Shown: positions 12,889 to 24,814 of the stretch, piece by piece | How positions within the stretch are numbered: position 1 is the stretch's first letter | Layout of the letters: each line of letters starts with the position of its first letter | Source: Mobula hypostoma | Lineage: Eukaryota | Assembly (NCBI RefSeq): GCF_963921235.1 | Contig: NC_086097.1 | Span: 20,896,001 to 20,960,000, forward strand | Length of the DNA: 64,000 nt | Direction: 5' to 3' | Translations under genes and position numbers: made by a program | The notes under the pieces: generated by a model | Seen by the model: the letters and a program-made list of their open reading frames with translations, nothing else | Told to the model about the DNA's origin: nothing | Databases searched by the model: none

Positions 12889-13311
12889 CTATATAAATTG
12901 CTACAGTTTGCATTGCATTTCAAATATATTCCAATATTGTTACAGCACTGTAAAATTCCAACCATCCACATTTTCTGAATCCTGAAATCTAGATTCCCAA
13001 ATCTGAGGGGTTCAGCTGACCTATCATTGACAGATTTTGGGATAAGTATCATATTTTATTATTCTATGTGGAGGAAGTGCTTCATCTCATGCCTAAGCCT
13101 TTAGTTTATTATGGATCCTTATTTTGGAATCGCTCAGCAGATGAAATAATTTCTCCCTCTACACCCAATCCAACCACCTTGAATTGGGCACCCAGCACAC
13201 TTAAACTCAAGGGAACAGAGTGAATCTGACTGGGTGAAGACTGGCTTCTGTTTATTAGAATTTACCCAATTGGCACTTCAAATGAATACATTTATACATC
13301 TTCAGCACTCA

Positions 13312-14530
13312 CAGCTGTCAGAATGTCAGGAGGCTGAAGGAGTGATAGATAGGACAGAAAGATAGTTACACCCAAGATGCAGGACACAGGAAACTGGGTG
13401 ACAAGCAGGAAGGGGAATGGGTTAAGGAGCCAGTGCAGAGTACCCCTGTGATCATCTGCCTCATCAGCAAGTATATCACTTTGGATACTGCCTTGGGGGG
13501 CGGGGGGGGGGGGTGGTGGAGAGAAGAGGATGACCTAACATAGGAAAGTCACAGTCGTCAGGTCTCTGGCACTGAGTCTGCCTCTGTGACTCAGACGGGA
13601 AGGGGGAAGAAGAGGCACACTGCGGTGATAGGGGATTCATTAGTTTGGGGGAAAGAACAGGAAGTTCTGTGGGTAAGAATGAGATTACCAAATGGTATGC
13701 TGCATCCCAGGTGCTAGGTTCCTGGATATCTCTAACTGAGTCCTCAGCATCCTTAAGTGGGAGGGTGAACAGCCAGAAGTTGTGGTCCATGTAGGTACCA
13801 ATGACATGGGTAGGATGAGTGACCAGGTTCTGCATAGGGAGTTTAATTCAGGGAGTTAGGTGCCAAGTTAAAGGTCAGGGCCTCTTGGGACTGCTACCCA
13901 TGCCACGTGCTAGTGAGGCTAGAGCTGGGAAGATTATACAGTTTAATATGTGGCTAAGGAGTTGGTGTAGGAGGGAGGGCATAGGATTTTTGGATCATTG
14001 GGCTCTCTTCCAGTGAAGGTGGGACCTGTATAGAAGAGACTGGAGGGTGACTAATATCCTAGCGAGAAGGTTTGTTAATGCTACACAGTGGGGTTTAAAC
14101 TAGAGGAGTTGCAGCAGATGGGAACCAGAGTGCCAGTACAGTTAGGGGAGAGGTTGTGGGGATAGATGTTGTTAAGATCTCAAAGTTAGGAGGTTGAGCA
14201 CGGTGCGTCAAAATCGAAGTGGGTGAATACAGAACCGAAGGTATTGTATCTGAATGTGCACAGTATACAGATGAACTTGCAGCACAGTTGCAGATCGGCA
14301 GGTATGATGTCATGTCACTGAGTCATGGCTGAAAGATTGTAGCTGGGAGCTTAATGTCCAAGGAAACACATTGAATCAAAAGGATAGGCAGGAAGGCAGA
14401 GGGGGTGACGTTGCTCTGTTGGTAAAAGAAATGAAATCAAATCATTAGAAAAAGGTGTCATAGGGTCAGAAGATGTTCAATCATCATCGATAGAGCAAAG
14501 GAACTGCAAGAGTAAAAAGACCTTGATACC
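13312..14530 (+). mobile_element. CR1 LINE 5' part: ORF1 SGNH-esterase and start of ORF2 APE endonuclease (disrupted)
   Basis: VIGDS, VVHVGTNDMG, NMWLRSWCRREGIGFLDHW; then LYLNVHS, TESWL, GGDVALLV. Confidence 0.8.
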
Positions 14531-14539
14531 AGTCTAAGA

Positions 14540-15278
14540 ATAATGGGGGCTGCCTGAATGACTATCGCCCGGTAGCACTCACATCTACAGTGATGAAATG
14601 CTTTGAGAGGATGGTCATGACTAGACTGAACTCCTGTCTCAGCAAGGACCTGGACCCATTGCAATTTGCCTATCGCCACAATAGGTCAACAGCAGATGCA
14701 ATCTCAATGGCTCTTCACACAGCTTTAGATCACCTAGACAACACAAACCCCTATGTTAGGATGCTGTTCTTTGACTATAGCTTAGCATTTAATACCATCA
14801 TTCCCACAATCCTGATTGAGAAGTTGCAGAACCTGGGCCTATATACCTCCCCTTGCAATTGGATCAAGACAGTGGCTATACTTTATTAGGAGTTTGAAGA
14901 GATTTGGTATGTCAACAAATACACTCAAAAACTTCTATTGTTGTACTGTGAAGAGGATTCTGACAAGCTACTCACTGTCTGGTATGGAGGGGCTACTGTA
15001 CAGGACCGAAAGAAGCTGCAGAGAATTGTAAATCTAGTCTGCTCCACCTTGGGTACTAGCCTACAAAGTACCCAGGACATCTTCAGGGAGCGGTGTCTCA
15101 GAAAGGCAGCGTCCATTATTAAGGACCTCCAGCACACAGGACATGCACTTTTCTCACTGTTACCATCAGGTAGGAGGTACAGAAGTCTGAAGGCACACAC
15201 TCAACGATTCAAGAACAGCTTCTTCCCCTCTGTTATCCGATTCCTAAATGGACATTGAAGCTTTGGACACTACCTCAC
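14540..15278 (+). mobile_element. Rex1/Babar LINE fragment, internally deleted
   Basis: [39 protein letters not shown] and ..GRRYRSLKAHTQRFKNSFFPSVIRFLN. Confidence 0.85.
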
Positions 15279-15365
15279 AGCAAGTAGAGGCACTGTCATG
15301 CTTTCTTTGCAATCATATTTATATGATGGGTCCAGGACAGGTCCACTGAGATAGACACACCCAGG

Positions 15366-16530
15366 ACAATAGACAATAGGTGCAGGAGTAGGCCATTCAG
15401 CCCCTCAAGCCAGCACCACCATTCACTGTGATCATGGCTGATCATCCACAATCAGTATCCAGTTCCTACCTTATCCCCATAACCTTTGATTCCGCTATTT
15501 CTAAGAGCTCTACTGCTTTCTTGAAAGCATCCAGAGACTTGGCCTCCACTGCCTTCTGAGGCAGAGCATTCCACATATCCACCACTCTCTGGGTGAAAAA
15601 GTTTTTCCTCAACTCCATTCTATATGGCCTACCCCTTACTCTTAAACTGTGGCCTCTAGTTCTGGACTCACCCATCAGTGGGAACATGCTTCCTGCCTCC
15701 AGCGTGTCCAATCCCTTAATAATCTTACATGTTTCAATAAGATCCCCTCTCATCCTTCTAAATTCCAGTGTCTACAAGCCCAGTTGCTCCAATCTTTCAA
15801 CATATGACAGTCCTGCCATCCCGAGAATTAACCTTGTGAACCTACGCTGCACTCCCTCAATAGCAAGAATGTCCTTCCTCAAATTTGGAGACCAAAACTG
15901 CACACAATACTCCAAGTGTGGTCTCACCAGGGCCCTCTACAGCTGCAGAAGGACCTCTTTGCTCCTATACTCAATCCCCTTGTTATGAAGGCCACCATGC
16001 CATTAGCTTTCTTCACTGCCTGCTGTACCTGCATGCTTGCTTTCAGTGACTGATTAACAAGAACACCTAGATCTCGTTGTACTTCCCCTTTCCCTAACTT
16101 GACTCCATTTAGATAATAATCTGCCTTCCTGTTCTTACCAAAGTGGATAACCTCACATTTATCTACATTAAGCTGCATCTGCCATGCATCTGCCCACTCA
16201 CCCAGCCTGTCCAAGTCACCCTGCATTCTCATAACATCCTCCTCACATTTCACACTGCCACCCAGCTTTGTGTCATCTGCAAATTTGCTAAGGTTACTTT
16301 TAATCCCTTCATCTAAATCATTAATATATATTGTAAACAGCTGTGGTCCCAGCACTGAACCCTGCAGTACCCCACTGGTCACCACCTGCCATTCCGAAAG
16401 GGACCCGTTAATCGCTACTGTTTCCTGACAGCCAGCTAATTTTCAATCCATGTCAGTACTCTGCCCCCAATACCATGTGCCCTAATTTTGCCCACTAATC
16501 TCCTATGTGGGACTTTATCAAAGGCTTTCT
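15366..16530 (-). mobile_element. CR1 LINE 3' about 1.15 kb (RT domain, few frameshifts)
   Basis: VTSGVLQGSVLGPQLFTIYINDLDE..KFADDTKLGG and MRGDLIET..WNALP; tail acaatagacaataggtgcagg on plus strand. Confidence 0.92.
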
Positions 16531-16624
16531 GAAATTACTGACCCTCTCCACCTCTGATCCTCCAATGAGATCTGGTTCAGGGACCTCTGGTTTCCCTCTA
16601 CTGAAGTGTACAATCAACCTTTCC

Positions 16625-17350
16625 TCACAAGACATTCTCTCCAATCCAGGCAGTATCCTGATAAATCCCCTCTGCACCCTCACCAAAGCTTCCACATCTT
16701 TCCTATAATGAGGTGACCAGAACTAAGCAAAATATTCCAAGTAAGGTCTAAACATGGTTTTATCAAACTACAACATTATATTGTGGCTCTTGAACTCAGT
16801 TCCCTGACTAACGAGGACCACCATGCTAAACACCTTCTTATCCACCCTACCAACTTGTGTGGCAATGCTGAAGAATCTATGGATGCAGAGCCCAAATTCC
16901 CTCTGTTCCTCCAGTTAAGAAACCTGCCATTCACCTTGTACTCTGTCTTCAAGTTTGACTTTCCAAAAATGCATCCTTTCACACTTATCCAAATTGAACT
17001 CCATCTGCCTCTTCTCAGCCCAGCTATGCATTCGATCAATGTCCCGCTGTAACTTATGACAACCTTCAACACTATCCACCACTGTCTCCTGCAAGCTTAA
17101 TAACTTATCCTTTAACTTTCTCATCCAAGTCATTTATTAAAATCACAAAGAGCAGGTGTCCTGGAACAGATCCCTGAGCAAGAGCACTGGTCACTGACCT
17201 CCAGGTGCAATACACTCCGTCTACAACCACCCTCTGCCTTCTGTGAGCAAACCAATTCTGAATTTACACAGACAAATTTCCCTGGATCCCATGCCTTCTG
17301 ACAACCTTGAATGAGCTACCATGGGGAACTTTGTCAAATACCTTATTCAC
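16625..17350 (-). mobile_element. CR1 LINE RT fragment
   Basis: FDKVPHG, LQRDIDRMHSWAEKRQMEFNLDKC, EALVRVQRGFIRILPGL. Confidence 0.85.
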
Positions 17351-18258
17351 AAGGAAATTGGGAACACCCTTGTGCAAAATTTGAATTTTTCCATCCAAAG
17401 GGGCAAACAGATCTACAATAATACCTATTAAACTGGTTACTTTGTGCACAAATATTTGTATTCTTTGGACAGTAAAGTATTCACTGGAACTTCTAATACA
17501 CCATTGCCATCAAGTTACAGTAACAAGCTTCTCTAAATGAGATATTGCTATCGAGAATATGAGAAAACCTGTCAACCTGGAATAAGAATTGTTGCATTGG
17601 TTTGAAAATCAAGACAACACTCCACCCCCACCAACAGCCTCACCCATTAATACGGGTTTCTTTCACTGTGGTTCCTCGACAAGCAGAACAGCAGGCTTTT
17701 ATCAACACCTGTCAATTCAATTTAGATCCACTTGATACAATTTGGGAAATGAAGGAATACACTAATGGGGAGGCCAGTTACACAAGGTTTTTGAGCAGAA
17801 ATATCTTACTGTCATGACAATTATTGCGAAAACTTTTGTAGCACTAGAACAGGGCAACTAAAGGCCAGTTGTATAATACGGGAATGCAGAGGGTGAATTC
17901 CAAAGACATTTTTGTCAAATATCAGGAAATCCAGTTCTAAACCAATGGTTGAAAGCATAAGAGAAAAGGTCAATTTCTTAAGTATAAATGGATACAATGT
18001 GAAGCATGTTCTGAGTGGGTAAAGAATGGTGACTCAATTTCCTTTTGAAGAATCCTATTAAGTGGAGAAAAAATTCCTGTGGGAATGAGAAAAGAGAGCA
18101 GTGTTGATTTGAACCATTCTAATACACCACGTACAATGATACAGTTTTATGTAACATTATACAGCTTTTTGTTAGAGATTCAGAAGTGACTGCAAGTGTA
18201 CAGGCTATTCAACACAGCTCCACCTATTGCAAAGCTTTTGTAAAAGCGAACTAAAATA

Positions 18259-19022
18259 CACTCAGTACCTAATTAAGTGGCCACTGAGTGTATGTTCATG
18301 GTCTTCTGTTGTAGCCCATTCACTTCAATGTTTAACATGCTGTGCATTCAGAGATGCTCTTCTGCAAACTTCTCTAGATGTGTGGTGGAGAGTATATCGA
18401 CTGGATGCATCACAGCCAGGTATGGCATCAGTGTTTCCATTGAACAGAAAACCTTACAAAAAGTATTTACCTGGCCATCACAGGTAAAGCCCTCCCCAGC
18501 ACTGAGCACATCTACATGGACCGTTGTCGCAGGAAAGCAACATCATTGGGGACCCCCGCCACCCAGGTTAATGAATCTCAGGGTTGTATATGGAGATGCA
18601 TATACTTTGATAATAAATTTACTTTGAACTGTTGTAACACATGGTTTTTTGAGTTACTGTCATCTTCCTGTCAGCTTGAACCAGTCTGGGCATACTCCTC
18701 TAACCTCTTTCAAAGGACTTTTGCCCACAACTGCTGTGCACTAGATATTTTTTGGTTTTTCGCACCATTCTTTGTAAACTCTAGAGACTGTTGTGTGTGA
18801 AAATCCCAGAAGGTCAGCAGTCTGAGACACTCAAACCACCCCATATGGCACCAACAATAATTCCATGATCAAAGTCACTTAGATCACATTCCTTCCTCCT
18901 CCTCCCATTTCTGAACTGAACCTCTTGACCATGTCAGCATGCTTTGTGTTGCTGCCCCATGATTGGCAGATTAGATATTTGCATTAGTGAGCAGGTGTAC
19001 TTAATCAAGTAGCCATTGAGTA
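18259..19022 (-). mobile_element. Non-autonomous Tc1-like element with an internal Rex1 fragment (about 18385-18625)
   Basis: Terminal motif caggtgtacttaatcaagtagccattgag-ta; reverse-complement homologue of 57156-57915. Confidence 0.7.
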
Positions 19023-20349
19023 TACACCTGTATTATATTGCTAGTATATAATTCAAGCATTTGCAGAATGGTTATGTCACTTGCCCATGTGAGATAAATA
19101 TTATGGTTTTACATTGAAAGATTTAACTGCTAACATTGCTTCTTTTATTACTTCCCATAATGGTAGTCAGAGTTCGACAGGTCAAATCTTAATACTAATG
19201 GTTGTATAACAGAAGACATCAAACCGATTAACTGTCCCACATGTTTTTCGTAAAAGAAAAATGTTGGATGAAAACGAACAGAACAGCTTCTTAATTTCCT
19301 GGACAAACTGCAAATTCCTATTTAAAAATGAGTGATCCCTAAACCTGGGCGAACAACCCTCAGTAATTTTAATCAACCAGCTATGAGTGGTTACCCAATT
19401 AATCTCTGTAGTTTGAGCGTGGCTCTATTTCCTGTCGAGACTAAGATCTTTTACAGATTGACTGATACTCTGTGTAGGCGTTCCTGACCCTCAGAAGCTT
19501 GAAAATGGAAGGCATCCATTGTAATTATCTGCCAGCAGATGAAAAGGAAGCTGAGAGAACTGTTTCAAAAGGATTCTGCTGCTACATCTGGAAGCTTTTT
19601 TTTAAAAAAAACTCCCCAGCCCCCCTTGAATTTCTTGGAAGGTATCTGGAGTTGCTTAAGGCAAACATACAAGTGCTCTGGGTGAAAGAATGCATGATCA
19701 GCATTCAGTAAGATCAGCAGTAACACTGAATGTCAGGGTGATTTACTTCAGTTGTACCACACCTCTCTCCCAATGCCCTATCCCACCCAAAGTGCAATGA
19801 GAGAATCTTTGAATGCTTCAGTTCAGCTTTTTAAACAAAACAAATCATCCTTGCTTGGATAAGCAGATACAATATTTGCTTCATTCGACTGCAAATATAT
19901 TGGTAAAAAGGTTAGCAAAATATGATAAATATGGATCTTACTTTATGAACTCTTGTTATATACTCCTGAACACGAATTACTCAATTCCAAATCTTAACTC
20001 CAGTACACCAAATATCAGTAATTTCTGGAGCCCACTTTTAATTCAATTCTGAAACAAGCACTGTTGCACATTTAAGCTGAAGCACACAATATCATATGAA
20101 ACATTGCAAAATCTACTAAAATATAACGTGTGCAGAAGGCTGCTGTCTGTACAGAACATAGCAATGAATCCCAGTCAAACAGAAATTCATCTGCTAAAAG
20201 TTAAAAAAAAAATTCACCTTGAACATAAAACAAGATGGGCCAGTGAATATTTGCTTCCACTTATGCTCAAAGGAATTTAACATTCTTTTGCATAATATTT
20301 TGCAAAGATTAGAAATGGTCAGTTTCGGTGATTACAGCTTTCTGACTTA

Positions 20350-20790
20350 AAACCATAAACCATTGATCATAAGACATTGAAGCAGAATTAGGCCATCCAA
20401 CCCATTGAGTCTGCTCTGCTATTTCATCATGGCCGATTTATTATCCCTCTCAATCCATTCTTCTGCCTTCTCCATAACCTTTGGCATCCTTACTAATCAA
20501 GAAGATATGAACCTCCACTTTAAATATATCCAATGATTTGGCATCCACAGCCGTCCATGGCAATGAATTCCACAGGTTCACTACACCCTGGCTAAAGAAA
20601 TTCTTCATTTCTATTCTGAGGCTGTCTCCTCTGGTGGTCCTAAACTCTCTCATTAACAGAAGCATTCGTTCCACGTCCACTTTATCTAGGCCTTTCAATA
20701 TTCAACACATTCTGCTAAACTCCAGTGAGTACAGGCCCAGAGCCATCAAACACTCCTTTATGTTAACCCTTTAATTACTGGGATCGTTCA
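20350..20790 (-). mobile_element. CR1 LINE 3' fragment
   Basis: KGLDKVDVERM..NFFSQGVVNLWNSLP. Confidence 0.85.
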
Positions 20791-21519
20791 TTATAAGAAA
20801 GCATTATAATAACTATGGCTGAAAACAATCAAGTGTGTACAGATAGTTAGCATTCATGCTGGTAGTAAAAGAAATCTTGTTATAAGTTCTCTGAAACACC
20901 CTCTTAGTTTTCCAGAAAAACTAAGCTATTAGCCTCGGGCTTAGTAAAAAGTGAGATTAAAGCTTTACTTGCACTTGACTTTCTCTTCTAAATGCTAATT
21001 CTTCCTCCATCCCTCATTTCTCTACACAAAATAAAATCACTCATTACCTTTTAATTCAAAAATTCAACAAGCCTTCTGTCAAGAGTTGATGTGCAACTTC
21101 CTTTTGTGGGCTTAAGTGTCCTAATTGTAAAATTATTTTGGAAGCCAGATGCAATTTACCTGATGTTGATGTGGAATCTTGTTACAAAATTCCCCATTGT
21201 TTGACAATTGCTGAATGAGTGAAGTCAGTTCTCATAAAATGCAACCATTTCAGTCAAGTGGGCACTCTTCAGTTCTTGCATTGCCATATTAGAGGCTCGT
21301 AAAGCCTCTTCTACCTTTGTGTTGGAGATTACTACTACTAGTGCAAATCAAGTACACTTTCCCCTGTGGGCTCTTCAACAAACTGAGTGATTAGATAGAG
21401 TGAATTCACTGTACCGATTCCTCATCAATGGCATTGGCAACCTACCTGTGCTCACCACTCATGCATAACACAAGTATAGTTAATAAATTGCTATCTTCCC
21501 CATCACTCCTAGATATATT

Positions 21520-22320
21520 TATTATGCTATCCTGATCGTCAATGGCAAAATATTGTGGAAGCAAAGTCCATTTAATGGCAGGGCAACAACTAGTCAATGA
21601 CAAACCCCGGTTCAGTAAGTAATGTTCCTGCCCATGTCAATATTGTTTTCTAGGACATCTTCAAGGTGCGACAACTCAGAAAGGCGGCGTCCGTCATTAA
21701 GGATTCCCATCACCCAGAACATGTCCTCCTCTTACTGTTACAGTAACCTGAAGGCACACACTCAGCAATTCAGGAACAGCTCTTCTCCCCCTCTGCCATC
21801 TGATTCCTAAATGGATATCGAACCCATGAAAACTACCTCTCTGCTTTATTTCTGTTTTTGCTCTATTTTTAACTATTTTATATGCATATATATACTTACT
21901 GTAATTGATTTACTTATTTTTTCCCATTATCATGTATTGCATTGTACCGCTGCTGCTAAATTAACAAATTTCACAGCGTATGCTGATGATACTAAATCTG
22001 ATTCTGATTAACATTCATACAGTTGATATTTCAAAAAGATAGTTTTAAATCACTTTTTAGTTCACGTTGAAATACTGATATTGATTCCACCCCATTATAT
22101 TTTTAAGTTACTCTGATCCTCAATGACAAAGCACTGTGGAAGCAAAGTCCATCGAAAGGTGGGCAACAACTGCATAACATATACTGCGACAGTAAATAGT
22201 GCTCATAGGCATGTCAATAGTAAAAAAATTATTTTTGATATTCACAGATATTTCAAAAATTACATTTTAAAACTTCTCCAGTTTAGGTTAAAGTCCTAAT
22301 ATTTCCCTGCCACCTTCAGA
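21520..22320. repeat. Diverged tandem duplication of a ~240-bp non-TE unit; first copy interrupted by a Rex1 fragment
   Basis: Shared blocks ctgatc.tcaatg.caaa, tgtggaagcaaagtccat (21554-21571 and 22135-22152), gggcaacaact, catgtcaata, gatatttcaaaaa. Confidence 0.7.
21654..22008 (+). mobile_element. Rex1/Babar LINE 3' fragment
   Basis: LKAHTQQFRNS motif and tail gatactaaatctgattctga; homologous to 15075-15260. Confidence 0.75.
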
Positions 22321-23804
22321 CTTTCCATTCAAATGGATGGAGTTACTATACTTTGCCAGGTCTACAGTCCTGATGCAGGGTCATGACATAAGATATTGAC
22401 AATCCCTCTCTCCGCAGATGCTGCTTGACTCAGTTCCTCCAGCAGTTTGTCTTTGCATCATATTCCACCGTCTGAAAACTCATGTCTCTACTTTTCACTG
22501 GATGAATTCATCAGAACTAGACTTAGAGGCAAGACCAGTGAGTACCACAGGAAATTAGGGATTTCCTGATTTGACCAGGATCCTTGGAAAGAGATGAGAA
22601 GGATCCATTTCCATCCAGCTTAGTTCCAGGTCAAAGTTTTAGACTAAGCAAAGTCCATCCAATCATTGTTTATCAGGCACAACAAATTTCAAAGCAACAC
22701 TGCACTCACGGGTGAGGCTTGAGGCAGACCAGCTGTTAACAATATCCAACGCAGGGCAAGCTTGAGGGGCCAACTTTCAAATTCACTCTGTTTCTTTTGT
22801 TTGAAACACTCTTGAAAATATATTAAGACAATGTTACTCATGTAAGAAGCAAGAACAAAAGAGTAGTATGATTAAATGTTTGTACTGAGCTATGTGAGTA
22901 ACAGCAAATGCTGGGCAACTTGGTGTGAGAGTGCTGAACCAGGCCAACTGAGACAAAATACATCCACACTCCAAAGCCCGTGCCAAACGAAGAGCCCTCT
23001 GCACGTAGGAGGCCCAATCAGTTCACCACACTATCAAACGACCTGATGTGCACTTGTCACGCTTTTGAAATCAAACTGATATGATACAACAATGAAGGGA
23101 TTAAACTGAGTGGACAGATTTCAGTTAATGGAGAAAAATGCAAGCAAACCACAAAGCATCACAACTAGTGAAACCTGGGCAAGATGCCAGAAAGTGCAAC
23201 TTTTGCATAATCAACCACCTCTCCCTCTCATGGATTTGCCTCTTCCTTCTTGTGACTTTTGTATTCAATTTGGTGCCCACCAATGGTGTTGTTTATATGG
23301 TAGCGTTCGGTATTTGATTAATCTTGCATGCAGGAACTTTTCCTCCTTGTAAAATGCTGCTAGTATGTTTCTATGTGCCTATGATGCTGCTGCAAGATTT
23401 TCATTGCACCCCTGCATATTTGTGCTTATGGCAATAAACTTGATTTTGAACAAAATTTTTAAATTCCCAAATAACTTGTATAAAAGCTAGAAAGACACTT
23501 AGTGTCAGAGTCTTAAAGTAGAGTAACTGGCCCTGTGGCCATATCTGTGACAATCATTTTGCCCAGCTACACTTATCCCATTTCCCCACATTGTGACTTT
23601 CTATACCATGCCTATTAAGTGGCTGTCTCAATTTCCTACTTTCTAAATGCAGCAATTGTATCTGATTACATTTACTCTGGCAACACATTCCAGTTATCAA
23701 TATTTCCATGTAGAAGTTTCCCCTTCAGATTTCATTTACAATTCCTTCCTCTTCTCTTAAACCCAATCCTGCTCGGTTTTGATCCCAGTCATGGAAAATT
23801 GGGG

Positions 23805-24062
23805 TACAGGTGCAATGGTACTCCATGACGCTATTACAGCTTGAGGTGTTGGGAGCTCTGAATTCAAACCCGGCATACTCTGTAAGGAGCCTCTGTACAT
23901 CCTGCCAGCAGAATGTGTGGGTTTCTTCCTAGAGTCCAAAGAAATACTGGGTAGGTTAACTGGTCATTATAAATTGTGCCATGATTAGATTAGGGTTAAA
24001 TTGGGTTTGTTGGATGTTGCTGGGTGGTGTGGCACCCGAGACTGGAAAGGCTTACTTCTACA
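23805..24062 (+). mobile_element. V-SINE (degenerate)
   Basis: ctctgtaaggagcctctgtacatcc...gtgggtttcttcc..agtccaaaga; homologous to 59628-59885. Confidence 0.65.
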
Positions 24063-24505
24063 TAAATAAACAATTAACTGTGTACCTTATGTCTCTCAAT
24101 TTTGCACATTACCATCAGCTGCGTCAGTTCAAGAGACAAGGCCAGTCTATCCAATTCCAAGTCCACCAATTCAGCAACATTCTGGCAAATCTTCTCTGCA
24201 CTCTCTCCAGCACTATCACAGCCTTCCTACAGTGTGGTGAGTCGAACTGAGTACAGCATCCCAAGTGTGGCTAAACAGTTTGTGTAGAGTTGAAATAAGT
24301 CTTAAGTCATTCTGTGCCCCAGCTTATGAAGGCCAGCATGCCATATGACTTCTTCATGACCCTATCTATGTGTTTTGCCACTTTCAAGAAACTCTGAATT
24401 TGGATGCAAACAACAGGAATTCTGCAGATGCTGGAAATTCAAGCAACATACATCAAAGTTGCTGGTGAACGCAGCAGGCCAGGCAGCATCTCTAGGAAGA
24501 GGCGC

Positions 24506-24541
24506 AGTCGACGTTTCAGGCCGAGACCCTTCGTCAGGACT
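24506..24541 (-). ncRNA. Minimal type-I hammerhead ribozyme motif (sense to SPTLC2 pre-mRNA)
   Basis: AGUC-CUGACGA-AGGGUCUCGGCCU-GAAA-CG-UC^GACU: helix I AGUC/GACU, intact core, palindromic ACGU helix III; predicted cut between 24510 and 24509. Confidence 0.75.
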
Positions 24542-24546
24542 CAGTT

Positions 24547-24582
24547 AGTCCTGACGAAGGGTCTTGGCCTGAAACGTCGACT
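24547..24582 (+). ncRNA. Minimal type-I hammerhead ribozyme motif
   Basis: AGUC-CUGACGA-AGGGUCUUGGCCU-GAAA-CG-UC^GACU; predicted cut between 24578 and 24579. Confidence 0.75.
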
Positions 24583-24814
24583 GCGCCTCTTCCTAGAGAT
24601 GCTGCCTGAATTTGGATGTTGCTTCATCAACTTTGTTTAGCGATTTCCCATTTACTATAATGTCCTGACTTCTCAAAATAATTTTCACACGTTAGTCTTA
24701 AATTCCACCTGCCAACACTCTGGCCAACTTTCCAACTCTGGCATCAGACAATCTTCCTCACTATCTTACCACTACCTCCCAATACTTTTGTGTGAATCTT
24801 TGAATAATTAATAA

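Larger units (their letters stand above)
24407..24608 (-). mobile_element. Fold-back Penelope-like insertion, 62-bp arms, 13-bp TSD
   Basis: Arms 24480-24541 and 24547-24608 (1 mismatch, 5-nt spacer); TSD ctgaatttggatg at 24394-24406 and 24606-24618 (overlaps arm by 3 nt). Confidence 0.9.
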
